Assembly: GCA_038245295.1 (NCBI GenBank)
Contig: JBBRSP010000001.1
Location: 64,001 to 128,000 of the forward strand
Source: Candidatus Binatia bacterium
Lineage (GTDB): Bacteria > Desulfobacterota > Binatia > HRBIN30
Reading direction: 5' to 3'
DNA length: 64,000 nucleotides
Below are positions 29,195 through 39,304 of this stretch, piece after piece. A program made the position numbers and the translations under genes. The first letter of the stretch is position 1; each line of letters starts with the position of its first letter. Below the pieces are notes generated by a model. That model did no database searches. It was not told the origin of the DNA and was given only the letters and a program-made list of their open reading frames with translations.

Positions 29195-30055
29195 CTACCA
29201 ACGCGCCCGTAACAGCCGCGGCAGGCCGGCGTAATCCTTCACGACCGTAGCGTCTCGACAGCCTGCGTCATGTGCCAAAGCGAGGACAGCTGGTTCCTGG
29301 TCGCAGCCGATCTCCATCAACAGCCAGCCGCCGGCCACGAGATACGATGGTGTCGCGGCGACCAGGCGACGAATGACGTCGAGACCGTCGGCTCCACCAT
29401 CGAGGGCGAGGCGCGGTTCGTACGACAGCTCCCGTTGGCCGCCATCGATCGCCGTCGACTCGACGTAGGGCGGGTTGCTGGCGATGAGGGTGAAGCGCTG
29501 CCCGACAACCTCGTCGAACAGGTTGCCGCACGCGAATCGAATGCGATCGGAGACGCTGACGCGTTCGGCGTTGCGGCGCGCAACCGCGACGGCGGCCGGA
29601 GAGATGTCGCTTGCCGTCACTGCAACGCCGGGTAGCGCATCGGCCAGGGTAATGGCGATACAACCACTGCCGGTGCCGATATCGCAAAGCGACTCGATGC
29701 CGCCGAGCTCCAGTGCCTGTTCGATCAACAGCTCGGTTTCGGGGCGTGGGATGAGCACGTCCGGTGTGATCTCGAAATCGAGCGACCAGAATTCCTGATG
29801 ACCGCGCAAGTATTGCAGCGGCACGCCTTGCGCGCGCTTCTCGAGGAGGGCCTCGAAGCGACGGTGGTCGGCTGGGGTGATGGGCGAGGTGAGTCGCACA
29901 TGCATGGCGCTGCGATCGAGGCTGCAGCTTTCGGCGAGCAGCAGCTCGGCGTCGAACCGCGGGTTGTCGACACCGACCTCGGCGAGGCGTTGCGTCGCCG
30001 TGTCGAGCACGGTGGACAGTGTCGTCGCGGCTTCGTTTGTCGACGGGGTCTGCAT
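29195..30055 (-). CDS. prmC: Release factor glutamine methyltransferase
   Basis: VLIPRPETE, DIGTGSG, SNPPY; follows prfA. Confidence 0.96.
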   Translation of the reverse strand: MQTPSTNEAATTLSTVLDTATQRLAEVGVDNPRFDAELLLAESCSLDRSAMHVRLTSPITPADHRRFEALLEKRAQGVPLQYLRGHQEFWSLDFEITPDVLIPRPETELLIEQALELGGIESLCDIGTGSGCIAITLADALPGVAVTASDISPAAVAVARRNAERVSVSDRIRFACGNLFDEVVGQRFTLIASNPPYVESTAIDGGQRELSYEPRLALDGGADGLDVIRRLVAATPSYLVAGGWLLMEIGCDQEPAVLALAHDAGCRDATVVKDYAGLPRLLRARW

Positions 30056-31122
30056 CAGTCCGCCGACTTGAGTGCCTCGGCCTGATAGTGGGTGTTGAGT
30101 GCGTCGATCACCGGCTCGAGCTCGCCCTCGACGACGCGATCGAGCGAGTAGATGGTCAAATTGATGCGGTGGTCGGTCAGGCGACCCTGCGGGAAGTTGT
30201 AGGTACGGATACGTTCCGAACGATCGCCGGTGCCGACCATGCTGCGGCGATTCTCGGCCACCTCGGCATGTTGCGCCGCTTGTGCCTGTTCGAGAAGGCG
30301 CGAGCGCAGGATCTTCAGGGCTTTGTGTTTGTTCTTCAACTGCGACTTCTCGTCCTGGCAGCTGACCACGAGGCCGGTCGGCAAGTGGGTGATCCGCACG
30401 GCCGAGTCGGTCGTGTTGACGCTCTGGCCGCCGGGCCCGGACGAACGGAACACATCGATGCGCAGTTCCTTGACCTCATCGATCTGCACTTCGACGTCGT
30501 CGGCTTCGGGAAGCACGGCGACGGTGACCGTCGACGTATGGATGCGGCCGGAGGCTTCGGTGACCGGCACCCGTTGCACGCGGTGCACGCCGCCTTCGAA
30601 CTTCAGGCGGCTGTAGGCGCCCTGGCCGGCGATCAACGCGATCACTTCTTTGTAGCCGCCGAGTCCGGTCGGACTGGCGCTCATCATCTCGACGCGCCAG
30701 CCGCGGTTCTCGGCGTAGCGGCTGTACATGCGGAACAACACGCCGGCAAACAGGCTTGCCTCGTCGCCACCGGCGCCGGCGCGAATTTCCAAGATGATGT
30801 TGCGATCGTCGTTCGGGTCTTTGGGCAGGAGTAGGCGCTTCAGCTCGACATCGAGCGCCTCGAGCTGCTCGCGCATGCCAGGTAGCTCCGCTTTGGCGAG
30901 CTCGCGGATCTCGGCGTCGCCCGCGTCGAGAAGCTCCTTGAGGCCGTCGATCTCAGCCGAGAGCTTTTTCCAATCGCGATAACGCGCCACGATCGCTTCG
31001 AGATCGGCGCGTTCCTTGGCGAGTTTGGCGAAATCTTTCCGGTTGCCGAGCAACGACGGATCGGAGAGGGCCGCTTCCAACTCCGTGTAGCGGTGCTCGA
31101 CATCTTCCAGCTTGTTCAGCAC
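30055..31122 (-). CDS. prfA: Peptide chain release factor 1
   Basis: PVT tripeptide (RVPVTE), GGQ motif, [10 protein letters not shown] start at 31122. Confidence 0.97.
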   Translation of the reverse strand: MLNKLEDVEHRYTELEAALSDPSLLGNRKDFAKLAKERADLEAIVARYRDWKKLSAEIDGLKELLDAGDAEIRELAKAELPGMREQLEALDVELKRLLLPKDPNDDRNIILEIRAGAGGDEASLFAGVLFRMYSRYAENRGWRVEMMSASPTGLGGYKEVIALIAGQGAYSRLKFEGGVHRVQRVPVTEASGRIHTSTVTVAVLPEADDVEVQIDEVKELRIDVFRSSGPGGQSVNTTDSAVRITHLPTGLVVSCQDEKSQLKNKHKALKILRSRLLEQAQAAQHAEVAENRRSMVGTGDRSERIRTYNFPQGRLTDHRINLTIYSLDRVVEGELEPVIDALNTHYQAEALKSAD

Positions 31123-31187
31123 GGCAGGACCGCTCCCAGTTCCACACGCCGCACGCCGCAATCGCCCGGTCGCGCCGGGATCCGGAC

Positions 31188-31223
31188 AAAAGAAAAGGGC
31201 GCGGGAGGTTTACTCCCTCGCCC
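31188..31223 (-). terminator. Rho-independent terminator after rpmE
   Basis: 11-bp stem GGGCGAGGGAG/CTCCCGCGCCC (one mismatch) followed by TTTTCTTTT on the minus strand. Confidence 0.8.
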
Positions 31224-31263
31224 TCCTCGATCGGACCCATAACCGACCGCAATCGTGCGGCGG

Positions 31264-31497
31264 CTAGTTCTCGGTGACAGGCTCGGCAGCCGGGGCAGTG
31301 CCTGTCTTGTACTTGCGATTGAAGCGCTCCACACGCCCCGCTTGGTCCATGAGCTTTTGCTTGCCGGTGTAGAACGGATGGCAATTTGAGCAGATTTCAA
31401 CATGGATCTCAGGCAGCGTCGAACGCGTCTCAATCGTGTGGCCGCAGGCGCAAATGATCCTGCTGGCGACGTAATTGGGGTGTATACCTTCTTTCAT
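31264..31497 (-). CDS. rpmE: 50S ribosomal protein L31, Zn-binding form
   Basis: [29 protein letters not shown]; upstream TTGCGA-N17-TAACCG. Confidence 0.97.
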   Translation of the reverse strand: MKEGIHPNYVASRIICACGHTIETRSTLPEIHVEICSNCHPFYTGKQKLMDQAGRVERFNRKYKTGTAPAAEPVTEN

Positions 31498-31616
31498 AAG
31501 CTTCAACTCCAATCGGGAGCGCAGCGGTTAGCAGCGGCTATCGGTTCTCGCAACCCACTGCGGGTTCTACGATCGAGGACTGCAGGGACTGCACGGGCTT
31601 CAACGACTGTAACGAC

Positions 31617-33101
31617 TCAGGATCCGAGAGAGCGGACTGCCGCTACGGCGCGGCGCCAGCCCTGATAGAGCGATTCGCGTTGCTCGGGGCGCATCTTGGG
31701 GCGGAAAACGCGCTCGGAGCGGCGCACGCGATTGAGCTCGCGCTCGGTTTTCCAGATGCCGGCCCCGAGGCCCGCGAGCAGGGCGGCGCCGAGGGCGGTG
31801 GTTTCGATGACGTGTGGGCGATCCACCGTCGTGTTGAGCAGATCAGCCTGGAATTGCATGAGAAAGTCGTTGGCGACCGCGCCGCCGTCGACTCGCAGGC
31901 CGGTGAGTGGTCGGCCCGACTCGGCGACCATGGTGTCGACCAGGTCGCGGGTCTGGTAGGCCATCGACTCGAGCGTCGCACGCACGACGTGGGCTCGTTC
32001 GACGCCGCGGGTCAGGCCGACGAGGGCACCGCGTGCCGCCGGATCCCAGTAGGGGGCGCCGAGACCGACGAAGGCGGGGACGAGGTAGACGCCGAGTGTG
32101 GAATCAACCTGGCGCGCCAGCGCCTCGGTCTCCTTGGCGTGTTTGATCAACCCAAGGGCATCGCGCAGCCACTGTACCGCCGCACCGGCAACGAACACCG
32201 AACCCTCGACGGCATAGGCGGGTTGGCCTTTGACATCGCATGCCATCGTCGTGAGAAGGCCGCGCCGCGACTCGACAGCGTGTTCGCCGGTGAACATCAG
32301 CATGAAGCAGCCGGTCCCGTAGGTATTTTTCACCATGCCCGGGTGGAAGCAGGCTTGTCCGAAGAGGGCGGCTTGCTGATCTCCCGCGATGCCCGCGATC
32401 GGCACTTCGGCGCCGAAGGCGGCGCGGTCGGTGATCCCGGCGATGCCGGCGGAGGGAACGACCTGCGGCAACAGGCTAGCGGGAATATCGAGCAGCTTCA
32501 GCAAGTCGGTGTCCCACTGCTTGGTGTGGATGTTGAAGAGCATCGTGCGCGAGGCGTTCGTGTAGTCGGTGGCGTGTAACTGGCCATTGGTGAGCTTCCA
32601 CATCAACCATGTGTCGATGGTGCCGAAGGCCAAGCGATCAGCACGTTGTCGCGCCCCCTTCACGTTGTCGAGCAGCCACTGCAGCTTGGTTCCCGAGAAG
32701 TAGGGGTCGGTGACCAAACCCGTCTTGGTGCGAATGACGCTCTCGTGCCCCTGGGCGCGCAGACGCTCGCAGGCCGGTGCCGTGCGACGATCTTGCCAGA
32801 CGATGGCGCGGTGCACCGGTTTGCCGGTTTTACGATCCCACAACACAGTCGTCTCGCGTTGGTTGGTGATGCCGATGGCGGAAATGTCGCCTGCCTTGAG
32901 TTTGGCGGAGCGCAGCGCCGTAGCGATACACTTCTTGGTGACCGTCCAGATTTCCTCGGGGTCATGTTCGACCCAGCCGGGTTTCGGGTAGTACTGTTTG
33001 AACTCCGAGTAGCCGCGTCCTCGCAGCTTCCCCGTCGCGTCGAAGATCATCACGGTCGAGCCCGTGGTTCCCTGATCGATTGCCAGCACGTACGCTTTCA
33101 T
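31617..33101 (-). CDS. glpK: Glycerol kinase
   Basis: [44 protein letters not shown]. Confidence 0.97.
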   Translation of the reverse strand: MKAYVLAIDQGTTGSTVMIFDATGKLRGRGYSEFKQYYPKPGWVEHDPEEIWTVTKKCIATALRSAKLKAGDISAIGITNQRETTVLWDRKTGKPVHRAIVWQDRRTAPACERLRAQGHESVIRTKTGLVTDPYFSGTKLQWLLDNVKGARQRADRLAFGTIDTWLMWKLTNGQLHATDYTNASRTMLFNIHTKQWDTDLLKLLDIPASLLPQVVPSAGIAGITDRAAFGAEVPIAGIAGDQQAALFGQACFHPGMVKNTYGTGCFMLMFTGEHAVESRRGLLTTMACDVKGQPAYAVEGSVFVAGAAVQWLRDALGLIKHAKETEALARQVDSTLGVYLVPAFVGLGAPYWDPAARGALVGLTRGVERAHVVRATLESMAYQTRDLVDTMVAESGRPLTGLRVDGGAVANDFLMQFQADLLNTTVDRPHVIETTALGAALLAGLGAGIWKTERELNRVRRSERVFRPKMRPEQRESLYQGWRRAVAAVRSLGS

Positions 33102-33328
33102 GGTGGCGGTTCATCGCACAACCGCCGCCCGGCGGGCAATCGGCCCGGGGCGTCTCGGAAGTGAATCGGGAGCATGTCACGTCCCGAGGAGTAGGGCTTG
33201 CAACAGTTGCGCCCATTCTTGCCAGGCGCGGCTCCACATCGACCAGTGCAGCACCGCGTAGACGGCGGCAGCGGCGATGCTGAACCAAACGAAGACAACA
33301 GGGACTGCATGATCGGGAGAGGCGCGCT

Positions 33329-35566
33329 TCATGGCCGGACGACCTCATAGATTTGCATTAGCCCCTGGCCGCCCCCGAATTCGGAGGCTTGCGCCACGGG
33401 TCGAAAATGCGCCGCGTCATCCTCCATCCACAGGCACTCGATTGGCCACCCGAGGTACTGCCAGTTGCCCGATAGAACCGTCGCTTTTCCGTCAGGTTCA
33501 ATGATCTCTATGGAGGTCACGTCGAGGAAAGCTTCCGCGTACAGGACGCGTGTGTCGACGGGGCGCATGAGCAGTTCCAGGCTGTGCACTTCGCCCGTCC
33601 ATGGGACCGTAAATTCGCCGCCCTCATCTCTTGGTAGGACGAAGGCTTGCGTGAAGTGGTTTACGCCCAGGATTGCCATGGACGGCGCCCGCGTTTGGTA
33701 GCGTAGCCGGATCCCTTTGACTTGCTGCGCTGGGAGCGGGTGCACGACCGTGATGTATTCGTCGCTGGTGATCGTCACGTCCATCGCCAGGCGGATTCCT
33801 GCACCTCGATTCGTGATCTTAGAATGTGGACCGCGCATTTCACCGACGGCGACGTTCTGGATGTTTTCCCGCGCTACCCGGTCGAGCCACGCCGTGCGCG
33901 TGCTGGCCGGCAGGAAATGGAGCCGATGCTGATACGCGGCGCCGAGCATTGGGTAGGCAAAGGCCAGATGGGCGACGGCGATCTGACGGCCGTCGGTGAG
34001 GTCGTCGAGGTACTTCCAGGCGCCGCGAAAATCCTGCGTGCCGAGGTCGCCCATGGCGCCAAAACGGCCCAGGGAGGTTTCGCCGGAATACACGCCACGC
34101 CAACCATTCAGGGCTGCCGACGGGGAGCGGAAGGTAGTGACGCGCGGCAGCGACGCGAAGACGCTGGCGACACAGGACAGCGCCGCCAGTCGGATCAACC
34201 ACACGGCGCGTTGGCTGTTGCTGATCATCCAACCGGCGGCGGCGTAGGCTACCGGCAAGCCCGGCAATACGTAGCGCATGAAGGAGTGGAGTTCGGTCGA
34301 GACGTCGAGGAACCAAAACCCGTAAAGGGCCAAAGGGAGCAAGGCGAGGGCCGATAGGTCGTGGCGCTGCCGGCGCCAGGCGTGTCTGGTGAGTGCCAAG
34401 CAGGCGGGGATCCCGAGTGCGGCGAACTGCATGCCGGCACCCGTCTCGTAGTTGTAGAGAAAGTATGGCGGGTAGATGCTGCAATCGAACAGCGGCCACC
34501 AGGGAAAGTAGGTGAGGACGTTCGACCAGACGATCGGGTCGCCGCCACGTGCGGTGATCGGGAACAGGGCTGATCCGGTCACCCAGGCATTGCGGGCGAA
34601 CCAATAGCCGGAGAACAGCAACGTGGCGGTGATCAGAGCCGCCGCTGCGGCGACGTAGGTGCGACGACGATCAGACGCTGCGGTTGCCTCGGCGTGGTGG
34701 ATTGCCAGCGCCATCCAGAGGACACCCATGGGAAGGCTGGCGAGGGCGGTGAGCTTTACTCCCGGCGTGAGACCCCAGGCGATGCCACCGAGGCAAAGCC
34801 CCGCCGTGGTGAGCGGCGGCATGATAAACACCAGGCCAGCGGCGAACAGGAACGCCGAAGTGACGTCGACGAGCGCGGTCTGCGACTGGTTGATGACGAT
34901 CGGTGTCGTCAAGAACAACAAACCCGCCCAGCCCGCGCCGCGGGTTGTTGCACCCAGTTGTCGTGCCAACACGAATGCCGCGACGGAGGCGGCGAACGCG
35001 AAGGGCAACTGGGAGAGATCGACGATGACGCCGTTTCCAAACGGCTGAATCCACCATTGGTCGAGCAAATAGGCATTGCCCGGGAAATAGGCCCACAGGT
35101 CGGCGCGCCAGTAGAGGCCCAGATCCGGGATGACGATGCGACCTTCGCGTGCATACGCCGCTGCCAGCGGCAGGTGGTACATCAGGCTGTCGCCGGCGGA
35201 CGGTTCGAAGAAAATGCCGACCAACACGACGTAGCCGTAGGCGACAGCACAGGTGGCGAGGACGAGGCGTTGTACTGTCTCCATGCGTCGCAGAGCCTTG
35301 CCCGGACACAGCATGGCGGCGACGGATCGCCAACGCGCAAACGGCGCGACCGCCGCCGCCAAGATCGCCTGACTTGCCAACAGCGGCGCGAAGCGCAGGT
35401 GGCCGGTAACGCCGAGGATGGTCGCCGAGAGAACCGCCACGGCGACGTACAGCACACTGGCCGCCAGCCATTGTTCGGCCAAGCCGCGCCGTTGCAAGCG
35501 CGAGGTCAAGCCGAGCGCCACGAGAAGAGTGGCGCCGTTTAGAAGCAGGAAGTTAAGAAGACCCAC
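33329..35566 (-). CDS. Polytopic membrane protein, probable GT-C glycosyltransferase
   Basis: More than 12 TM helices; GDSLMYHLP, YFPGN, YWFARNAWVTGSALFP motifs; soluble C-terminal domain. Confidence 0.6.
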   Translation of the reverse strand: MGLLNFLLLNGATLLVALGLTSRLQRRGLAEQWLAASVLYVAVAVLSATILGVTGHLRFAPLLASQAILAAAVAPFARWRSVAAMLCPGKALRRMETVQRLVLATCAVAYGYVVLVGIFFEPSAGDSLMYHLPLAAAYAREGRIVIPDLGLYWRADLWAYFPGNAYLLDQWWIQPFGNGVIVDLSQLPFAFAASVAAFVLARQLGATTRGAGWAGLLFLTTPIVINQSQTALVDVTSAFLFAAGLVFIMPPLTTAGLCLGGIAWGLTPGVKLTALASLPMGVLWMALAIHHAEATAASDRRRTYVAAAAALITATLLFSGYWFARNAWVTGSALFPITARGGDPIVWSNVLTYFPWWPLFDCSIYPPYFLYNYETGAGMQFAALGIPACLALTRHAWRRQRHDLSALALLPLALYGFWFLDVSTELHSFMRYVLPGLPVAYAAAGWMISNSQRAVWLIRLAALSCVASVFASLPRVTTFRSPSAALNGWRGVYSGETSLGRFGAMGDLGTQDFRGAWKYLDDLTDGRQIAVAHLAFAYPMLGAAYQHRLHFLPASTRTAWLDRVARENIQNVAVGEMRGPHSKITNRGAGIRLAMDVTITSDEYITVVHPLPAQQVKGIRLRYQTRAPSMAILGVNHFTQAFVLPRDEGGEFTVPWTGEVHSLELLMRPVDTRVLYAEAFLDVTSIEIIEPDGKATVLSGNWQYLGWPIECLWMEDDAAHFRPVAQASEFGGGQGLMQIYEVVRP

Positions 35567-35728
35567 GGCTAGTCTCTGGAACGTGCGGCGCTATTCGTGG
35601 GACTTAGTGTCGCGGTGCCACGCATCTCGGTCGCGTCTCATGACATAAGAGACGCGCAGAATGAACCGTCCGGGCAAGTTCAGGATCGTTACTTGTTCGT
35701 GGCAACAGCCGCCACTATACGACGACAA

Positions 35729-36652
35729 ATGGCGACCGCCACGCAACTCGTATTCGTTACCGGCAAAGGTGGCGTCGGCAAGACGACGATGGCGGCGGCT
35801 CTAGGACTGCACGCGGCGGGGGAAGGCCAGCGTGTGCTGATCGTCGAAACTGCCGGTGACGGTAGCTTGGCGCAGCTCTTCGGGAAGCAGCAACTGGCGC
35901 CCAAGCCATCACGGATGCGGCCGCAGCTCGATGCCGTGCGCGTCGATGCGCGACAGTTGGTCGAACAGTACTTCTCCGAGATGCTGCGCTTCCGTTGGTT
36001 GTCGGATCGCCTTCTGTCGAGCAGCACCTTCAATGCACTCACTGCCGCCGCCCCGGGCATCACGGAGTTTCTTCTGCTGGATCGGATCCTTGGTTGGGTC
36101 GAGCCGGGAGTACTGCGACGCAAACCCTACGACCTCGTCATCGTCGACGGGCCGGCGACCGGTCACGCGTTGAAACTGCTGCGCACACCGCGCAATCTGG
36201 CGACCATGGTGCCGGGCGGTCCGCTCGGGCGCACGGCACGGCGTCTTCTTGGCTTGTTGGGAAACCGACTGCAGACGCAGGTGGTCCTCGTCGGCCTGGC
36301 CGAGGAGATGGTGATCCGCGAGACCATCGAGACGCATACGGCGATCGCCGGTGACCTGGCTCTGCGCGTCGCACGGCCGGTGATCAACCGTGTTCTGCCG
36401 CACCACTTCACCGCCGCGCAGGTGGCGCTGATCGAGGGCGGCCCGGCCCACCCTCTCCTCGAGGCGGCACGCTTTTCCGCGGCGGTGCGACGCGAAGCCG
36501 ATCGGCATGTCGGGACCTTGCGACGAGCCCTTGGCGTGACTCCCATTCTGGTGCGTCAGGTGTTCGCCGAGCGCGTCGGTATAGATGATCTGGGCCCGAT
36601 CGGGCGCAGCCTGTCGCGCGTCGTCTTGAACGGCTCGACGGAGACGGCGTGA
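35729..36652 (+). CDS. ArsA/Get3-like ATPase, subunit 1
   Basis: VTGKGGVGKTT, APGITEF, DGPATGH; upstream TTGTTC-N17-TATACG-N7-ATG. Confidence 0.88.
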   Translation: MATATQLVFVTGKGGVGKTTMAAALGLHAAGEGQRVLIVETAGDGSLAQLFGKQQLAPKPSRMRPQLDAVRVDARQLVEQYFSEMLRFRWLSDRLLSSSTFNALTAAAPGITEFLLLDRILGWVEPGVLRRKPYDLVIVDGPATGHALKLLRTPRNLATMVPGGPLGRTARRLLGLLGNRLQTQVVLVGLAEEMVIRETIETHTAIAGDLALRVARPVINRVLPHHFTAAQVALIEGGPAHPLLEAARFSAAVRREADRHVGTLRRALGVTPILVRQVFAERVGIDDLGPIGRSLSRVVLNGSTETA

Positions 36653-37728
36653 TCTCGCTCAAGAACATTCTGGATCGCCGCTTGATCGTCTGTGTCGGCT
36701 GTGGCGGGGTGGGCAAGACCACTACGGCGGCCGCCCTGGCGCTGACGGCGGCACGTGAAGGTCGGCGCGTCGCCGTCATCACGTTCGACCCGGCGAAGCG
36801 GTTGAAAGATGCGCTTGGGTTGGACGACTTGTCGGTTGATCCGCAACCCGTGATGATCGAGGGCGGCGCCAGCTTCGATGCCCTCGCTCTCGACACCAAA
36901 CGCACCTGGGACTCGCTCGTCGAGCGTTTCGCCGGCAGTCGGGAAGCGGCCGAACGTATCCTGACGAATCGTCTTTACCAGGAGCTCTCGAACGAGCTCG
37001 CCGGCTCGGCGGAATATATGGCGATGGAGAAGTTGCACGAGTTGGCGCACCTCGGGACCTACGATCTGCTGATCGTCGATACACCGCCGAGCAGCCACGC
37101 GCGCGATTTGCTGCACGCACCGAATCGGCTGTTGGGTTTGTTGGCGACACGCGCCGTCAGCCTGCTGCGCTCGCCCGCCTCTTTGCTGAGCGGCATAGAG
37201 TCGACGGCGGCCCGCACGCTATTGGCGGGGTTGCTGAAGGGGCTCGAGCGTTGGAGTGGGCTCGAGTTGATGCGTGACCTCAGCGACTTCGTCGGGGGCT
37301 TCGAACACATGATCGAAGGCTTCGCCAAACGGGCCGAGGAAGTGAATCGCCTGTTGCGTAGTCGTCGCACGGCATTCCTGCTGGTGACAACAGCCGAGCC
37401 CTATACGGTCGAGACAACCATCGGCTTTCACCGCGACCTTTCGGACGGTGGCTTCACCGTCGCCGGTATCATCGCCAACCGCGTGCTGACGTTCCCGCCT
37501 CTGGCCGGCGTACCCGAATCGGTTGCGCGCTGGGAGAAGGGACTGCAGAAGAAGTTGCTGCGCAACTACGAAGAGCTACGCGCCTTGTCGGCACGCGACG
37601 AGGCGATGATGCGCCGGCTGAGCGAAGCCACCGGAGCGCCGCTGCTCGGTTCGATTGCCGCGGTGACGGAGCCGCCAACGTCGATCGCCGCTCTGCAGAA
37701 GTTCGCGACGCAGCTCCGCTCTACCTAG
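36649..37728 (+). CDS. ArsA/Get3-like ATPase, subunit 2
   Basis: GCGGVGKTT, TFDPAKRL, EYMAMEKL, DTPPS; GTGA overlap with subunit 1. Confidence 0.88.
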   Translation: MISLKNILDRRLIVCVGCGGVGKTTTAAALALTAAREGRRVAVITFDPAKRLKDALGLDDLSVDPQPVMIEGGASFDALALDTKRTWDSLVERFAGSREAAERILTNRLYQELSNELAGSAEYMAMEKLHELAHLGTYDLLIVDTPPSSHARDLLHAPNRLLGLLATRAVSLLRSPASLLSGIESTAARTLLAGLLKGLERWSGLELMRDLSDFVGGFEHMIEGFAKRAEEVNRLLRSRRTAFLLVTTAEPYTVETTIGFHRDLSDGGFTVAGIIANRVLTFPPLAGVPESVARWEKGLQKKLLRNYEELRALSARDEAMMRRLSEATGAPLLGSIAAVTEPPTSIAALQKFATQLRST

Positions 37729-37758
37729 ACTCGACCGTTCGGAGAGGTCGAGGGAGGG

Positions 37759-38106
37759 TTAGTCCTCTACTTTGCGCGACTTCTTGTGGTCGTGTTGTTG
37801 CTGCTGTGCCAGGACACGGTCGAGCTTCATGTTCAGGTTGACCAGGCTTCCCTGCAGCGTTTCGATTTTGGTTTTAAGCGTCTGGTAGTCGGCGCTCGAC
37901 GGTAGGTTGAGCAGATGCAAGATCGTTTGCGCGTTCTTGTCCATCTGCCCCTTCGTCTTGGCGGCGCGTTGCACCACATTCGACAAGCCCTCGGCGACGC
38001 CGGGGCGGCCCAGGACATCTTCCAAAACTTGTGTCACGGCGGCGTTTCCTTGCGTGACGACCCAGTCCAACAGATTCTTCGGTTGCTTCGTGCTCTTGGC
38101 AGCCAT
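37759..38106 (-). CDS. Phasin/PHA-granule-associated-like small coiled-coil protein
   Basis: LHLLNLPSSADYQTLKTKIETL resembles the phasin-family L.LPS..D...L..KI..L motif; basic tail; promoter TTGACG-N16-TATATG-N8-ATG. Confidence 0.6.
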   Translation of the reverse strand: MAAKSTKQPKNLLDWVVTQGNAAVTQVLEDVLGRPGVAEGLSNVVQRAAKTKGQMDKNAQTILHLLNLPSSADYQTLKTKIETLQGSLVNLNMKLDRVLAQQQQHDHKKSRKVED

Positions 38107-38144
38107 GGCGATTGCATATAGTGAGGCCGCCGGAGTCGTCAACT

Positions 38145-38393
38145 GTGCCCTGGACCACCGCCCTCGGATACTTTACCGGATTGTACTTCTTAGATCCGAC
38201 TCTCGACGCTGGAACGTTGGTGCGAACCACCGTGCTGTTGCACGGTCTCGACTGCATCATGTGCCGGCTGTTCGCGCACAATAACGGCCACCCCAAGAAT
38301 CTGTGGACGGTGCTGGGATTTGTTTTCGGCGTCTGGGCGGTGGCGGTCTTGATCGTGCTGCCGCGCCGCAACCTACATGTCGCGCCAGACTAA
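38145..38393 (+). CDS. Small membrane hypothetical protein
   Basis: GGAG then GTG 38145; two hydrophobic segments; W..LGFVFGVWA..VL..LP. Confidence 0.6.
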   Translation: MPWTTALGYFTGLYFLDPTLDAGTLVRTTVLLHGLDCIMCRLFAHNNGHPKNLWTVLGFVFGVWAVAVLIVLPRRNLHVAPD

Positions 38394-38398
38394 GCGGC

Positions 38399-39298
38399 TC
38401 ACGCCTTGCGACGAGCGACGCGCAACTTGGCGCTGCCGGCGCGAGAATTGTCTTCTACCTCTTCGTCGTCGGCGCGTAGCGGTCGCTTGGTCAGGATCTC
38501 GACGCGTCCGGCCTGTTTCTCGGCGACGAAGAATTGTTTGACCATGCGATCTTCGAGCGAATGAAAAGACAACACGGCCATGCGGCCACCTAGCGCCAGC
38601 AGCGACAGCGCCTGCGGCAGTGCATCGGCGATGGCCGAGAGCTCATCGTTCACGGCGATGCGCAGTGCCTGAAAGATGCGTGCTGCCGACCGGGCGGCTT
38701 TCCAGCGGACGTTGCCGGGCAATGACGCGGTAATGATCTCCAGCAGCTGTGTCGTGGTTTGTACGGGGCGGTCACGTACGACGCGCCAGGCGATGCGTTT
38801 GGCGAAACGCTCTTCGCCGAAATCGCGGAAGATCGCCGTGAGCTCCTCTTCGTCGCGGCTGGCGAGGATCTCCGCCGCTGTCTCCGCATCCGAATCGGTC
38901 GGATCGAAACGCATGTCGAGCGGCTCGTCATGCGCGAAACTGAAGCCGCGCGCGCTCTGATCGAAATGATAGGAGCTTACGCCGACGTCGAAGATGATGG
39001 CGTCGACGTCGGTCATGTGGCGCGACGCAGCGATCTTACTCAGCTCACGGAAGTTGCCGTTGGCCAGGATGAGCCGCCCGGCTTCGGCAAACTCGGCGAG
39101 TCGAACCGCGGTGGCGGTGAGAATCTCCGGGTCGCGATCGATGCCAAGGACTTTGCTGTCGGGGCCCGTCGATTCGAGGATCGCCGCGGTATGTCCGCCG
39201 CCGTTGATCGTCGCGTCAATACAGCGGGCGCCACGCGGCAGGTCGAGAAGCTCGAGCAGTTGCTGCGTCAAGATGGGTGTGTGAACCGCTGGTTGCAT
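38399..39298 (-). CDS. rsmH: 16S rRNA m4C1402 methyltransferase RsmH (orphan, divergent)
   Basis: HTPIL, DATINGGGH, RGFSF..D.PLDMR, FQALRIAVNDEL, SFHSLEDR, SAKLR. Confidence 0.93.
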   Translation of the reverse strand: MQPAVHTPILTQQLLELLDLPRGARCIDATINGGGHTAAILESTGPDSKVLGIDRDPEILTATAVRLAEFAEAGRLILANGNFRELSKIAASRHMTDVDAIIFDVGVSSYHFDQSARGFSFAHDEPLDMRFDPTDSDAETAAEILASRDEEELTAIFRDFGEERFAKRIAWRVVRDRPVQTTTQLLEIITASLPGNVRWKAARSAARIFQALRIAVNDELSAIADALPQALSLLALGGRMAVLSFHSLEDRMVKQFFVAEKQAGRVEILTKRPLRADDEEVEDNSRAGSAKLRVARRKA

Positions 39299-39304
39299 GC
39301 GTCC

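Noticed and set aside
35729..37728. Arsenic resistance operon
   Set aside because: No arsB, acr3, arsC, arsR or arsD, and no recognisable metalloid-binding Cys cluster
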